DNA from: Caldisericota bacterium
Lineage (GTDB): Bacteria; Caldisericota; Caldisericia; JAAYUI01
Reading direction: 5' to 3'
DNA: 64,000 bases
Assembly: GCA_029548865.1 (NCBI GenBank)
Contig: JAKPMO010000004.1
Location: forward strand, 64,001-128,000
Position numbers and translations under genes: made by a program. Positions 8,680-20,000 of this stretch are shown here, piece after piece. Below the pieces are notes generated by a model that made no database searches, had not been told where the DNA came from, and worked only from the letters and a program-made list of their open reading frames with translations. Position 1 is the first letter of the stretch; each line of letters opens with the position of its first letter.

Positions 8680-10996
8680 AAGCAAGAATAGAGTATTTCC
8701 CGTTTTCCACGGTGAGTGTTATGGCCCCGTTCTCTGCAGTCGAGAGAACGGGGATTTTCATTTCATCGAGCACCTTTGCCGTTTCTTTGTGAGCGCCATT
8801 CCCCTGGTTTGCCGAATTGGAGTTGATGGCCAGCTTTGGTGAAACGGCATCAAGCCACGATTTGAGGTTGGTGTTTTTTCCTCCGTGGTGCGGCAGTTTG
8901 ATGATATCGGCATCAAGCCACTGGCTGTTTTTCATCTCGAATGCCATTCCTTCTTCCTGCAAGTCACCAGAAAAAAGAAATTCTACTCCATCGATGTTTA
9001 TTTTGAATACGACGCTTGCATTGTTTATCTGTTTTGAGTCTTTGCCAAGTTTTTCAGCTGGAGGGCCTAGAAAAATGACCGATGTTTTTGGATCAATGTC
9101 TAGTTTTTGCCCGGGGAAAGGAAAGATTTTTTGTGCCCCTTTTGAATTTGCCAGGTCCCAGAAATCTTGTTCCTTGTATGTTCCGGAAGGCACTTTTGAT
9201 CCGATAATATTGTCTACCCTGAACTGTTCCATTACAGGAACAAGCCCGCCCAGATGGTCAATATCGTTGTGTGATGCAACAACATAGTCAATCCTGTTGA
9301 TTCCCAGATACCTCAAAAATGGGACCACGACCCTCTCTCCGATATCATAGGAAGAGTTACCTCCAAGTCCGCCTCCATCGACAAGTATTGTCTTTCCGGA
9401 GGATGTTCGTATTAGACAGCTGTCTCCATGTCCGACATCCAGAAAAGTAACCTGAGCCTGGCCATCTTTTGCATATCCAACCAGTGATCCGCCAAAGAGA
9501 ACAATAGAGATAGTCATTGTTGTTAAAAAAGCTTTTTTTACCCTTATATCATGAATAAAAGGTTTTGGCCGGCAGATGAAAAAACAGAGGCCAGCAAATG
9601 AGGTGTAATATGCAAGCCAGACGAGAACATGATAGGAGCCAATGGAGATTGTGGCCCATTCCGGAGAGGCAAGGAAACCAAGAACCATGTTTTGGAGGGC
9701 CAGAATGGGCCATGCAAGGTAGCACAGCAGAACACCAAGGGGCCTGAAAATCATTCCCAGGAAACCGGAGAGTGCGCCAAGTGGCATTATTATTTCCGAG
9801 CTTGTTATGGCCACCATGTTTGAAGCGACCGAAACTGTCGAGAATGTGTGGAAGTGGTATGCCAGTACTGGCAGTGTCGCCATCTGAACGAAAATAGTCT
9901 GGATGGCCATTATGGCGATACCGGAGTACCATCTTTTCTTCGGGATTATGTTTTCAAAGGAGCTTGTCATCACAAAGAACCCAAGGCATGCAACAAAAGA
10001 AAGCTGGAATCCTGGATCATAGATTGTTTTTGGATCTATTGCCAATAGCAGTATTACGGCAAACGCCAGTCCTGAACCGGCAGTGTATTTCCTGCCCAGC
10101 AATACCGCAGACAACGAAAGAACGGACATGACTAGCGCCCTTGATATTGATGGTGTGAAGCCGGCACTTGCGGCGTAGAGTATGGCTACAGCAATTGAAG
10201 CCACTATGGCTGTTTTTCTTGAACCAGTTATCCAGAGTAGCAGCCAGATTGAGGCAAAAACGAGTATGGTAAGGTTGAATCCTGATGCGGCCAGGATGTG
10301 TGATGTACCCGTCCTCTGGAATATGTCCAGTATTTCTTTTGGCATGTCGGATTTTCCAAAGACCATACTGTCCATTGTCGTAGCATATCTTTTTGGCAGA
10401 GCTTCGGAGAATGTCTCAAACGCATTTGCCCTGATTTTTGCGCCGATACTGTCTAGTGACAAACTTCCCTTCCCTTCAATTTTCAGGGGAGTTTCTGTGA
10501 AAATGACGCAAAAAACATCTTTTCTTAAAAGATAGTTTGAGAAATCAAACTGGCCGGGGTTTGTTGCATGGGCCGGGTTTGCCACGTTGCCGCTACCTCT
10601 TACGATGTCTCCTGCTTCCAGATTTTCTACAGGCGGAGAATAAATCCTTACTATGTTCCCAATCAATATGTCACTTTCAGATTCCTTGATCCTCGCATTG
10701 ACGACCAGCCTTTTGTCTGTGGATTCATCAATGGAAATGGCAACCCCCAAGAAATTTGCCTGTTTTGGGAAATTCGTTTCATCCTGTTTTTGTGTTGTTT
10801 GTCCGAGACTTGCTAGCAAAAAACCGGCCGCAAGAAAGCCAATTGTGAGCTTATATATCTTTTTACCAGCTGGTGCAATGATAAAAGACAGTGCTGCTGC
10901 GGCAATTGAGATAAGGATATACCATGGGGATTGGAATGAAAGCCCGAGTATTGTTCCGGCCACAAATACAACCGAACAGATTACAATAGGCGTCAT
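8669..10996 (-). CDS. comEC: DNA uptake channel ComEC/Rec2 (OB + competence + metallo-beta-lactamase domains)
   Basis: NPGQFDF, GTSHILAASG, GFQLSF, FLDVGHGD, SHNDIDH, PHHG. Confidence 0.95.
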   Translation of the reverse strand: MTPIVICSVVFVAGTILGLSFQSPWYILISIAAAALSFIIAPAGKKIYKLTIGFLAAGFLLASLGQTTQKQDETNFPKQANFLGVAISIDESTDKRLVVNARIKESESDILIGNIVRIYSPPVENLEAGDIVRGSGNVANPAHATNPGQFDFSNYLLRKDVFCVIFTETPLKIEGKGSLSLDSIGAKIRANAFETFSEALPKRYATTMDSMVFGKSDMPKEILDIFQRTGTSHILAASGFNLTILVFASIWLLLWITGSRKTAIVASIAVAILYAASAGFTPSISRALVMSVLSLSAVLLGRKYTAGSGLAFAVILLLAIDPKTIYDPGFQLSFVACLGFFVMTSSFENIIPKKRWYSGIAIMAIQTIFVQMATLPVLAYHFHTFSTVSVASNMVAITSSEIIMPLGALSGFLGMIFRPLGVLLCYLAWPILALQNMVLGFLASPEWATISIGSYHVLVWLAYYTSFAGLCFFICRPKPFIHDIRVKKAFLTTMTISIVLFGGSLVGYAKDGQAQVTFLDVGHGDSCLIRTSSGKTILVDGGGLGGNSSYDIGERVVVPFLRYLGINRIDYVVASHNDIDHLGGLVPVMEQFRVDNIIGSKVPSGTYKEQDFWDLANSKGAQKIFPFPGQKLDIDPKTSVIFLGPPAEKLGKDSKQINNASVVFKINIDGVEFLFSGDLQEEGMAFEMKNSQWLDADIIKLPHHGGKNTNLKSWLDAVSPKLAINSNSANQGNGAHKETAKVLDEMKIPVLSTAENGAITLTVENGKYSILAFKK

Positions 10997-11610
10997 TTTA
11001 TATGGAAATATTGCCTGAGTTTTTCGATTGTTTTTGGACCAACACCCTTTACCTCCCCCAACTGGTCGAAGTTTGAAATCCTACCCTTTGTTTTGATGAA
11101 TTTTATTATCTCGTTTGCAGTTTCTGCTTTAAGGTATGGGACTTTGTCGAGTTTGTCAAAAGTGGCGGTGTTTATGTCATCTGGGCCTGACCCATCCCTG
11201 TACTTAGTGTTGCTGGTTGGTTTTGCCTGAATCGAAACCATGCCACTTTTTTTGGGTGCTGGTATGGATGAAACTTGGGTAGCCTGTTTTGTTTTTTCCA
11301 GGAACTCAAATCTTTGTGTGAGGGATGATTCGATCTTGTTTTGAGCATCAGCCATAGAGCCGATTTGCAACTGTGCATCTGTTACTGCTATAACTCTTTC
11401 CATTACTGGCCAACCAATTTTGGCCGATGCGGATTTTGCCAGCTCCAGATTGTCTTCATGGCGCACGGTGTCCATTTGTGGAAGCATTATCCCGGCGATA
11501 ATGCCCACAGAGCAGCCTGCCAGAAAACAAGAAAGGCCCCATAAAAGGGCCTTTCTTGTTTCTATTGCTTCCTTCTTTTTGGTTGCAGTGACAGGATGGT
11601 TTTCTGTCAT
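10993..11610 (-). CDS. comEA: ComEA-like membrane-anchored HhH DNA receptor
   Basis: One N-terminal TM segment; C-terminal DINTA...VKGVGPKTIEKL; overlaps the comEC start (ATGA). Confidence 0.8.
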   Translation of the reverse strand: MTENHPVTATKKKEAIETRKALLWGLSCFLAGCSVGIIAGIMLPQMDTVRHEDNLELAKSASAKIGWPVMERVIAVTDAQLQIGSMADAQNKIESSLTQRFEFLEKTKQATQVSSIPAPKKSGMVSIQAKPTSNTKYRDGSGPDDINTATFDKLDKVPYLKAETANEIIKFIKTKGRISNFDQLGEVKGVGPKTIEKLRQYFHIK

Positions 11611-14600
11611 AGTTTCGGATAGGTGAGGGTTATTTTCTTCTCGGCAGCCTCGTACTGGACGTCGGCCCCAAGAGCATCACCAACAAACCTGAGTGGAAGC
11701 AGTGTTTTTCCACCCACTATTGTTGGGTAAAGCTTCTTCGTTTTTGAGTCTATGAATACTTCTTTGCCATCTATCTTTGCTGTTTTCTTGCCAATCCATA
11801 GCTCTATCTTTTTTGTTCCAGTTTCGAGTTTTTGAATCAGTGTTGCACGTTTTTCCTTGCCATCCCACTGTACTTCTACGCCGAGGGCCTTTGCGACCTC
11901 CGAGATGGGCATGAACGTTGATCCGGCAAGATCTTTTGGAAGTGGTGGTGACGATGAGGTTGGGGCGGTCAATAAAGTTACTGCACTTCCATTTACGAAC
12001 ATCTGTGTTTTTCCGAGCCAGAGCTGGATGATGGTCCTCTTCTTCAAAATGACAGTGACTGTGAGTGTTGTCGTTTTGCCTGTAAGGTCCGTTGCCTTGA
12101 TTGTTATTTTGTTTGGGCCGTCCTTCAGTGTTACTGTTTTCTGGAATTCCCTGTATTCGTTTACCTGAAGTGGTTCACCATTTAGAGTGATTGATGCTAC
12201 CTCATCAACCCAACCTTTTATTTCAAGAGCTGGATCGTTTACTGTCATGCCGTCTTCAATTCCGATAAGGTTGATTTCTGGAGGTGTGCTGTCCCTTATT
12301 ATTGTTTTTCTTATTCCTGTCGAGCCACCTGATTCATCAGTTGCGATTATGACAAAATTGTTTTTGCCTTCCCTGAGCCTTGCCTCGTATTCATAGGAGC
12401 CATCAGGTTTTACAGAAACAAGTCTACCATTGATCGTAAGGGTGATTGGATATTGCGGATCGCTGCTTTTGGCTATGCCCTTTATTACATATATTTCCTG
12501 GTCGACTATTATATCATCTTTGACATCAGCGGTGAGGGTTGGCGGTGCAATCTGGGATATGATATCCATGGTTGCTGTTGAGCAACCAACATTTGTAAGG
12601 ACTTTATCACCCTTTTCACCATACATTGTTACATCGCAGACTTCGACTTGTGTTCCGAGTTTTGTCTGGCCCTTCACACCTCTGAGAACCACTGAGAAAA
12701 GCTTGTTTTCACCTTTCCTGAATTCTGTTGATTTTATCTGTACTGTTGCGATCCCCTCGCTTGATCTGTCGATGAAATCATACGTTGTGTCCTTGCTGGG
12801 GAAGAAGTCGCCAAGGCTGGTGTGGCTCACTGTAAGCACTGAAGCATCGTACCTTACAGAGAACCTGGCTTCCTTGATGCCTATGGGTGTGCTGATGTTG
12901 ATGTCAACCCTTGAGCTATGGCAGGACTGGTTTTCCGAACAGCTGATGATCTTTTTTGGATTGGCTTCCAGCAAGAGCCTTGCATAGAGCACTTCCACTG
13001 GTATTTCAATCTTGTGCTGCATTTCCTGCCCATTTGTAGGGTTGCCTGTTGCCACTATGCACATCTTGGCTTCTGAAATCTGGAGTGCAGAACCACCTTC
13101 AGCTATCACATGGGCTTTGAAGGGCGGGATGCCTGTGTTTGGTGTTATTGTTACCTTTATGGATGCGTTATCGGTGCAGTTGCTTATGCTTACTGGTCCG
13201 TCAAAATCGTTGATTGGGTTGATGCTTATGTCAAACTCTGTCTTTGATCCTGATGTCAGCTCGACCCTTGGTACTGGTGACGTGAAAGTGAAGTCTGGTG
13301 GCAATCTCGGGATTGTCTCTATGCTTGTAATGTTGCTCCTGGCGTCAATCGGGCTTGAACTTGTTTTGATGTCAAAAGAAGCGGTTATTCCTGGTTGGGC
13401 ATCTTCAGGTGGCAGGGCTTTTATTGATACAATTGCACTTTGCATTGGCCTTAGGGGGATATCAAAATTCTCGGCCTTCTGCTCTTTACCATCAACCTGG
13501 ATTATATAATCCCATCCAGCTGCTTTGATGACTGGGGAACAATGGATTGGGAAGGAATGTGTGCTTGTATTGGTCACGTAATATTTGAACTCGGCTTCCT
13601 TGTCGACTTCAAGTTTTATGTTTTCTGTTTGTGTCCTTACTGTATATTGATTAACAACAGGCTGTTCGTAAAGGTTGATGTTCGAACCCTGGTAGATCTC
13701 TTTTGAGTTGTTGTTCTGGATCCAGACTACTATGTTGGCGTTATCCTTGTTGACCCACTGCGGAAGCTTTAGGGTCATCCTCTTGTATATTGGTTGACCC
13801 TCAACAAGTGTTATTGGTTCTCCAAGGGGGCCAGTGTACATCTCCCTGACTACCATGTTGTGGTATGAATCACCATTTGTAGCTTCAAAGGGAATATTGT
13901 TTTCGGCGAGAATGACATACAGGGCAATATTTTTCTGGTTTTCAAATGCCTGAAGCGTCTCGATTTCAATTCCGAGTTCAACGGTATCATCAAGAACTTC
14001 TGTTTCGGTGAATATTGATAGTTGAGAAGACATGCTCTGTCTTCTCTCAACTTCAGTTTTATATCTCAAATAGGTAAATGTTGTCCCGGAGAATTTGTCG
14101 CATTTCTTTTTGTCTTTTGGGGGCTTTTGTCTTTCTTCCGGAGTGTCTCCTCCAATGATGGAGTTTACGCCATCTATAAAAGTGGTTGGGAGTCCTTGTC
14201 CGGGGTACCATTTATACCTCTTGTCTGCAGGTGAATAATATAGGTGGGCATCATCTTCTTTTGAGTCGACATAATACATGAGCCAAACAACTCTCTTGTC
14301 TCCGAACTCGTTGACAAGCATTTCTCCAGCCCTGTGGGCGTATGGACAGTTGATGCACCAGACAGCAGTGAAAGTCTCTCCAATTGAAGTTCTTGGCTCG
14401 AATGACTGGTTTCTTGAGACAATCAGAGTGATGTCAAGCCTTGTTTCATATTTTATTTTTGGGCTCTGGCCAATAATCGTTATGTTGTATATTCCTGGTG
14501 CGATAATTGTAGTTGCCCTTATTGACATTACAGTTGATGTTGATTTCGAAAGTGTGAGCAGTGGCTCAGAAAATTGAATATATGTACCTCTTGGGGTCCC

Positions 14601-16832
14601 TTTTACGTCGAGTGCTGCTGTACCAGTATAGCCATTTTGTGCTACAAGATTTATGACTATATCAATTCTGGAGTTAGATTCTTTTGTGATGAAAGCATTT
14701 GTATCAATGAGGAAACCATAAGAATCACCTATCTGGATCTTGAAGTGGATTGTTTTTGGTTGGTTTTGCCCGTCTTTGTTTGTGGCGATCGTTACATCTG
14801 TTTCATAAGAACCTGCAGGGACACCATTTGAATCAACATAGAAGACAATCGGTTCTTCGTCGCTTTTGAATGTCGGATTGTGTGTTTTAAGCCATTGTGC
14901 TTCTTTTGGTATTATGACTACCCCGGTGAGTGGCCCGCCGGAAATATTTTTAAGGTATACACTCTTTTCGGCTATCGAACCAGGAGAGATAAAGCCAAAA
15001 TCAACATAAGATGGTGAAATGAGGTAGTTGGAATCGCCAAAGATGTCGATGAAGTCAACGAATTGCACTCTATGATTATAAGTATCTGATACAAAGCAAC
15101 CTTGATCATTGGCAACTATTCCTGATGGAAAATTAAATTTTCCGTATACGATTTTATCTGGTGGTGGTTCATCGCATGTAGCTTCTGCGACATAGGGAAC
15201 ATCACCTGGCCCGCCATTTTTACCAAAATTCCAGGAGAAGTTTGTTTCTGGGTCAAAGACGGTCAATCTGTGGTTGTATGTGTCAGCAACATATATCTTT
15301 CCAGAATTGTCAATTGAACAGTCCATTGGGAAAAGGAGCATGTCTTTGCCTCTACCCCTGTGACCGAAAGTTCTTATTGGCTTTCCATCGCTTGAAAGTT
15401 CCTGGATTCTACAATTGGCTGAGTCTGCAACAAATATATTAGTGCCATTGGTGCAAATGCCAATCGGATTGTTGAACTGCCCTGGGGCTGATCCAAAGCC
15501 GCCAAACTGGTAGAGGAAGTCACCTGAGAGAGAAAAGACCTGGACAAGATTGTTTCCTGTGTCTGTGACAAAAAGTTTGTTTTGCGGGTTGATTATTATA
15601 ATATCTGATGGTGTGTTTAACTTTCCATTTCCGGAACCGAAACCACCAAAAGCCTTCTTGAAGGTCCCATCTTTTTCGAACATTTTTATTGTGTTGTTTG
15701 CAGTGTCAGCAACATAATAGTTTCCTGATATATCAACAGCTACGCCGCTTGGCGAGGCCATCTTCGAATCAGCTATATCATCTTTTGATTCCTCGGACAA
15801 TTTCCCATCTTTGGAATAAGCTATAATTTTGTTTCTGGTTGAATCGGCAACATAGAGCTTGTCATTTCCAATGGCCAATCCTGTTGGTCTTCCAAGGGTT
15901 CCTGCGGCCTGTTCAACAGGATGACCAAATGTTCCAGAATGTTTTCCATCAACTTCGAAGATTTCGATTTTGTTTGTTTCATATGAAGAGATATATATTT
16001 TGCCATCCATAAAGGCGACACCCTTTGGTGTTTTGATGAAACCATTGGCCTGGATCTCGCCAACTTGTGTGCCATCAATACCCACCATTATTACTTTATT
16101 AGTTGATATGTCTGTTATGAAAACTTTACCCTCAGTCGGAAAAACTGCCCATGGTCTGGGGGAAGGAATTGTTATAGAATGGTTTCCATCCTGATCAAAA
16201 ACCTCTATTTTCCCTGCTTCAGGATCAGTCACGAATATTTTGCCGGATGCAACACAAATACCTGTTGGATAGAGGAGTTCTCCTTCACCGGTACCCTTTT
16301 TTGATATCCTCTGTATAAACTTGCCGTTTGTGTCACAGACTGCTATGTTTCCGTCGCCGGAGTTAGCAATATAAAGCCTTCCCTGGTAAGAAGAGATACC
16401 TATTGGATTCACAAGGACAGGTTTTTGGGCCTGGTCTTTTACTTTAAATTCACCTTGATACTCACCCATTTTTCCATAAACAAGGATTTTGCTTTGCGCT
16501 GTATCGGTGATATAGGATATTCCCTGGTAAGTTGTGATTCCACCCGGCTTGAACATTTGGCCAGTTTTGAAACCAAAAGTTCCCAACAGATAGTCATTTT
16601 GTGGGAATAATGACTGGACCCTTACAGCAAGTTCCTCAACAACGTACAACCTTGAGCCATCCGCATGAAGGAATGTTGGCCCAAGGAAAAGTCTTGCTGG
16701 CATTGGTCCGCCTATTATTTGGGGGGAGGAGGAATCCAGCGAAGTCTGTGCATGCACTACTGGAGTAAAGGGGGTCAATGATGCGATTATCGCTATGGTT
16801 AGTGTTATCGCCCACGTTCTTTTCATTATCAA
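11607..16832 (-). CDS. Secreted 1741-aa multidomain protein: two NHL propellers, Ig-like domains, thioredoxin/Omp28-like CxxC domain, cohesin-like domain, C-terminal stalk domain
   Basis: Signal peptide; repeats such as FGGFGSAPGQFNNPIGI and YVADTYNHR; ETFTAVWCINC; ARFSVRYDASVL cohesin pattern; TLLPLRFVGDALGADVQY. Confidence 0.8.
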   Translation of the reverse strand: MIMKRTWAITLTIAIIASLTPFTPVVHAQTSLDSSSPQIIGGPMPARLFLGPTFLHADGSRLYVVEELAVRVQSLFPQNDYLLGTFGFKTGQMFKPGGITTYQGISYITDTAQSKILVYGKMGEYQGEFKVKDQAQKPVLVNPIGISSYQGRLYIANSGDGNIAVCDTNGKFIQRISKKGTGEGELLYPTGICVASGKIFVTDPEAGKIEVFDQDGNHSITIPSPRPWAVFPTEGKVFITDISTNKVIMVGIDGTQVGEIQANGFIKTPKGVAFMDGKIYISSYETNKIEIFEVDGKHSGTFGHPVEQAAGTLGRPTGLAIGNDKLYVADSTRNKIIAYSKDGKLSEESKDDIADSKMASPSGVAVDISGNYYVADTANNTIKMFEKDGTFKKAFGGFGSGNGKLNTPSDIIIINPQNKLFVTDTGNNLVQVFSLSGDFLYQFGGFGSAPGQFNNPIGICTNGTNIFVADSANCRIQELSSDGKPIRTFGHRGRGKDMLLFPMDCSIDNSGKIYVADTYNHRLTVFDPETNFSWNFGKNGGPGDVPYVAEATCDEPPPDKIVYGKFNFPSGIVANDQGCFVSDTYNHRVQFVDFIDIFGDSNYLISPSYVDFGFISPGSIAEKSVYLKNISGGPLTGVVIIPKEAQWLKTHNPTFKSDEEPIVFYVDSNGVPAGSYETDVTIATNKDGQNQPKTIHFKIQIGDSYGFLIDTNAFITKESNSRIDIVINLVAQNGYTGTAALDVKGTPRGTYIQFSEPLLTLSKSTSTVMSIRATTIIAPGIYNITIIGQSPKIKYETRLDITLIVSRNQSFEPRTSIGETFTAVWCINCPYAHRAGEMLVNEFGDKRVVWLMYYVDSKEDDAHLYYSPADKRYKWYPGQGLPTTFIDGVNSIIGGDTPEERQKPPKDKKKCDKFSGTTFTYLRYKTEVERRQSMSSQLSIFTETEVLDDTVELGIEIETLQAFENQKNIALYVILAENNIPFEATNGDSYHNMVVREMYTGPLGEPITLVEGQPIYKRMTLKLPQWVNKDNANIVVWIQNNNSKEIYQGSNINLYEQPVVNQYTVRTQTENIKLEVDKEAEFKYYVTNTSTHSFPIHCSPVIKAAGWDYIIQVDGKEQKAENFDIPLRPMQSAIVSIKALPPEDAQPGITASFDIKTSSSPIDARSNITSIETIPRLPPDFTFTSPVPRVELTSGSKTEFDISINPINDFDGPVSISNCTDNASIKVTITPNTGIPPFKAHVIAEGGSALQISEAKMCIVATGNPTNGQEMQHKIEIPVEVLYARLLLEANPKKIISCSENQSCHSSRVDINISTPIGIKEARFSVRYDASVLTVSHTSLGDFFPSKDTTYDFIDRSSEGIATVQIKSTEFRKGENKLFSVVLRGVKGQTKLGTQVEVCDVTMYGEKGDKVLTNVGCSTATMDIISQIAPPTLTADVKDDIIVDQEIYVIKGIAKSSDPQYPITLTINGRLVSVKPDGSYEYEARLREGKNNFVIIATDESGGSTGIRKTIIRDSTPPEINLIGIEDGMTVNDPALEIKGWVDEVASITLNGEPLQVNEYREFQKTVTLKDGPNKITIKATDLTGKTTTLTVTVILKKRTIIQLWLGKTQMFVNGSAVTLLTAPTSSSPPLPKDLAGSTFMPISEVAKALGVEVQWDGKEKRATLIQKLETGTKKIELWIGKKTAKIDGKEVFIDSKTKKLYPTIVGGKTLLPLRFVGDALGADVQYEAAEKKITLTYPKL

Positions 16833-16882
16833 TTTGTTCTCCCCTCTCCTGAGTTAACCCAGGAAAAGCTAATTGTGAATTG

Positions 16883-16910
16883 ATTCTATTGTGTCAATAG
16901 TGAAGGTCAA
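16883..16910 (-). promoter_or_regulatory. Putative promoter of the scaffold-comEA-comEC operon
   Basis: TTGACC-N16-TAGAAT. Confidence 0.5.
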
Positions 16911-16992
16911 CCAAGCACAAAGCATTGCCAGACTATGGTTAAACTATGTTTCGTTAATACATTTAACCTAACCCAAATTTTCCTTGTGAATC

Positions 16993-17020
16993 TTGTTTTT
17001 AACTACCCCGCAATTATACT
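16993..17020 (+). promoter_or_regulatory. Putative promoter of the nucleotidase-like gene
   Basis: TTGTTT-N16-TATACT. Confidence 0.4.
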
Positions 17021-17075
17021 CGGTTTCGCTAATCCGCACAAATGCGGAACCCTACCTTTAAAGGAGGATAAATTA

Positions 17076-20000
17076 ATGAAAGCAAGCATCACGAAAAGCT
17101 TGTCTGTTTTCACAATCCTCGCACTTTGTTTTGGGATTTTCTCGTTTATTCCAGTCTCGATTGTGAATGCTGAAGCTGTGGAATACCTTCCGTTTTCCGT
17201 TGTCTTTACTGCCGGAATGCATGGCAATGTGAAGCCTTTTGATTACAAGGGCCAGCCAAATTTCGGTGGTTTTGCAAAAGCAAAGACCAAGATTGATGAA
17301 GTACGCAAACAGGTTCTTGAGGACAAGACCTGGTGGCAGTATGGTGGAAATACAATGGTCCTTGATATTGGAAACACGATAATGGGTTCCCAAACAGGTT
17401 GGTTTTTTGCAAACACAAAATTGTCAGAGAACCAGAAACACCCAACCATTGAAGCGATGAATGCCATTAAGTATGATGCTATGAGCTATGGTGCAGGCGA
17501 GTTCTCACTTCAGCCGGCCGTGCGTGAGCAGCTACACACGCAATCCTCCTTCAAGTGGATAAATGCAAATGTGGTTGTTGGGAAAGATCGTTCAAAACTG
17601 ACAGACGAATATCAGATGATGATCTACAAGATCCCAACAGCTGCCCATCCACTTCGTTTCGGAATTGTTGGTCTGGCAAATCCAGCTGTCTTCAACTGGG
17701 AAGACCCAAATAACCTTACCCTCGGTTCATCCAAGCTTGCCCTTGACGATTATGTAGAGAAGGCAAGAGAGCATGCAGAGTCACTCAAAGAAACTGGTGA
17801 AAAGGCTGACTTTATTGTTGTAATGACAGATCTTGGCCTCCAGAAGAATGCTGATGGCACCTGGAAAGAAAATGAACTTTACAGAATGATCCAGGAAGTA
17901 ACCCACGTTGATTTCATTTGTTCTTCAGCTCCTGGCCAGTCAATACAGCAGGAAATTTTTACGGTTCCGGAACCATCTGGAAAGATTCACGAAACCCTGG
18001 TTTGCCAGCTCCCAGAAGATGGCGTAACCATGGGTCGTATGGATTTCGTTTTTGAAAAATGCACCTGCCCAGTCAAACCATTTGTTTTCCGCAAGGTCAA
18101 TGGCAGAAGAGACATGAAGTCCCGTTTCATGATTCTTGACCAGTCTGTTAACCCGGACAAGGACATCATGGACAAGTTTAGGCCGCAGGATTCGCTCCTT
18201 AAGACAAAGTTTGATGTCAGGATCGGCGAGTCAAAATGTGAGATCTCGTCAACAAATGCAAGAAGAACAGACAACCCGATTGCTGAACTTGCCTGCAATG
18301 TCATGATGAAAGAAACTGATGCGCAATTTGCAATCACTGATATCTGGTCGACAACTGCAACAATAAAAAAGGGTTCGTTCACTTTTGGAGAACTGTTTAA
18401 TCTTTTCCCCAAAGACAGCAAAATCTACAAAATGACACTCACTGGGCAGCAGCTTGAGAATGCGCTTTCCCATGCAGCAACACTTTATCACACAGAAGCC
18501 GACACCAACTTCATCATTGGAAAAGGTTTCAACTATTACCTCGACATTAGACCTGGGGTCACCGATCGTGTTGGATACATGATGATCGGCAATTCACCAA
18601 TAGACCCAAAGAAGACCTACACTGTTGCCACCAACAGCTACATCGCACTTGGCCAGGGTGGATACAAGTTTGAAGCAAAATTTGAACCAACCAGAAAGAA
18701 GCTCCTTGATGCAATCCAGAATTATATTAAGGAGAAAGGTGGTCAGCTCAGCTGCAATACCACCAGGAACTGGTTTGTCGTACCGGACTATGTTGATCAC
18801 TGGGCCAATGAATACATTGACATCCTTATCAGCAAAAAGATTGTATCAGGCGACAAATATGGCAGATACAATCCAGATGCCAATATGACAAGGGCCGAAG
18901 CCTCAAAAATCCTTCTTTCGATCTACGATCTTTCACCATCATCACCAGCAAAGGGCAAGTTCAAAGACGTTCCAAAATCACACTGGGCCTATGGTTTTAT
19001 CGAAGGCGGAGTCAAAGTTGGAATGTGGAGCTGGATGGGCAACACCTTCGGGCTCAATGCAAACGTTACTCGTGAAGAAGTCTTTACAAACATAATATTC
19101 TCTGTTGGCGCCAAGGCACAAGCCGAGGCGATTTCTCCGGCTGATATGGCACAGTTTGAGGCCAATTTTGCTGATGCTTCCACATGTTCCCCGTGGGCAA
19201 AGAAATATATTGCTTATGGAACAAAAGTTGGCATTGTTGGTGGAATAGCAAAAGATGGCAAACTCTATGTCAATCCAAAAGCCAACATCAAGAGAGGCGA
19301 AGTAGCCACAATTATGGCAAAGGCCCGCTTCCCAATGGTTGCAGTAATGACAACATCTGATGTCAGAACCGAAATTGATTCTACAAGAGTTGATCCGACC
19401 AATGATCGCAAAATCGGAGGTTGGAATGGCCTTGCATATACAGTAGGCAATATTCGTGCGCTGTATGATAAGAATGTACTTCTTGACGCCGGTGGAATGA
19501 TCTCTGGCACGGCATGGGCAGAGCTTGCTGGCGGCAAGATGGCGACCGGTTTCATGAATGCACTTGGTTATGATGCAATGACGTTTGGAATCAGGGATTT
19601 CTATCTTGGCGGAGAGACCATTAAAGCAAGAGCCAAAGAGATTCCGCAGAATATCGCAGTTCTCGCGGCCAATGTCGAGGGAATTGATGGAGCAAAAAGA
19701 TCCGTTCTCAAGAACATTTCTGGAATTAAGGTCGGTATTGTTGGAGCAGTTGACCCAGACACAAATACATACATCTGTGATGGCGATCTTGCAGGGATAA
19801 AGATTAATCAGATTGCACAGTCAGTTAACGCTGAAATCAAGGCCCTCAAATCACAGGGTGCAGAAATTGTTGTTGTAATAGCCTCTGCTTCTGGGTATAT
19901 CGAACTTGGAAAGAGCGCAAAAGATGGTTTTAAGGGTCCAGCAGCCCAACTTGCAAGCCAACTCTCAGGCGCAAACATCATGTTTATCTCTGGTGCACCA

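Noticed and set aside
17021..17052. Hairpin CCGCA-caaa-TGCGG in the nucleotidase-like leader
   Set aside because: Only a 5-bp core stem, no match to a riboswitch I recognise, and it does not cover the SD
16935..17075. N-terminal extensions in the ORF track (also at 2971, 22935, 25625, 39575, 43741)
   Set aside because: Downstream starts have SD sequences and begin signal peptides or family homology; the extensions overlap promoters, intergenic DNA or neighbouring genes
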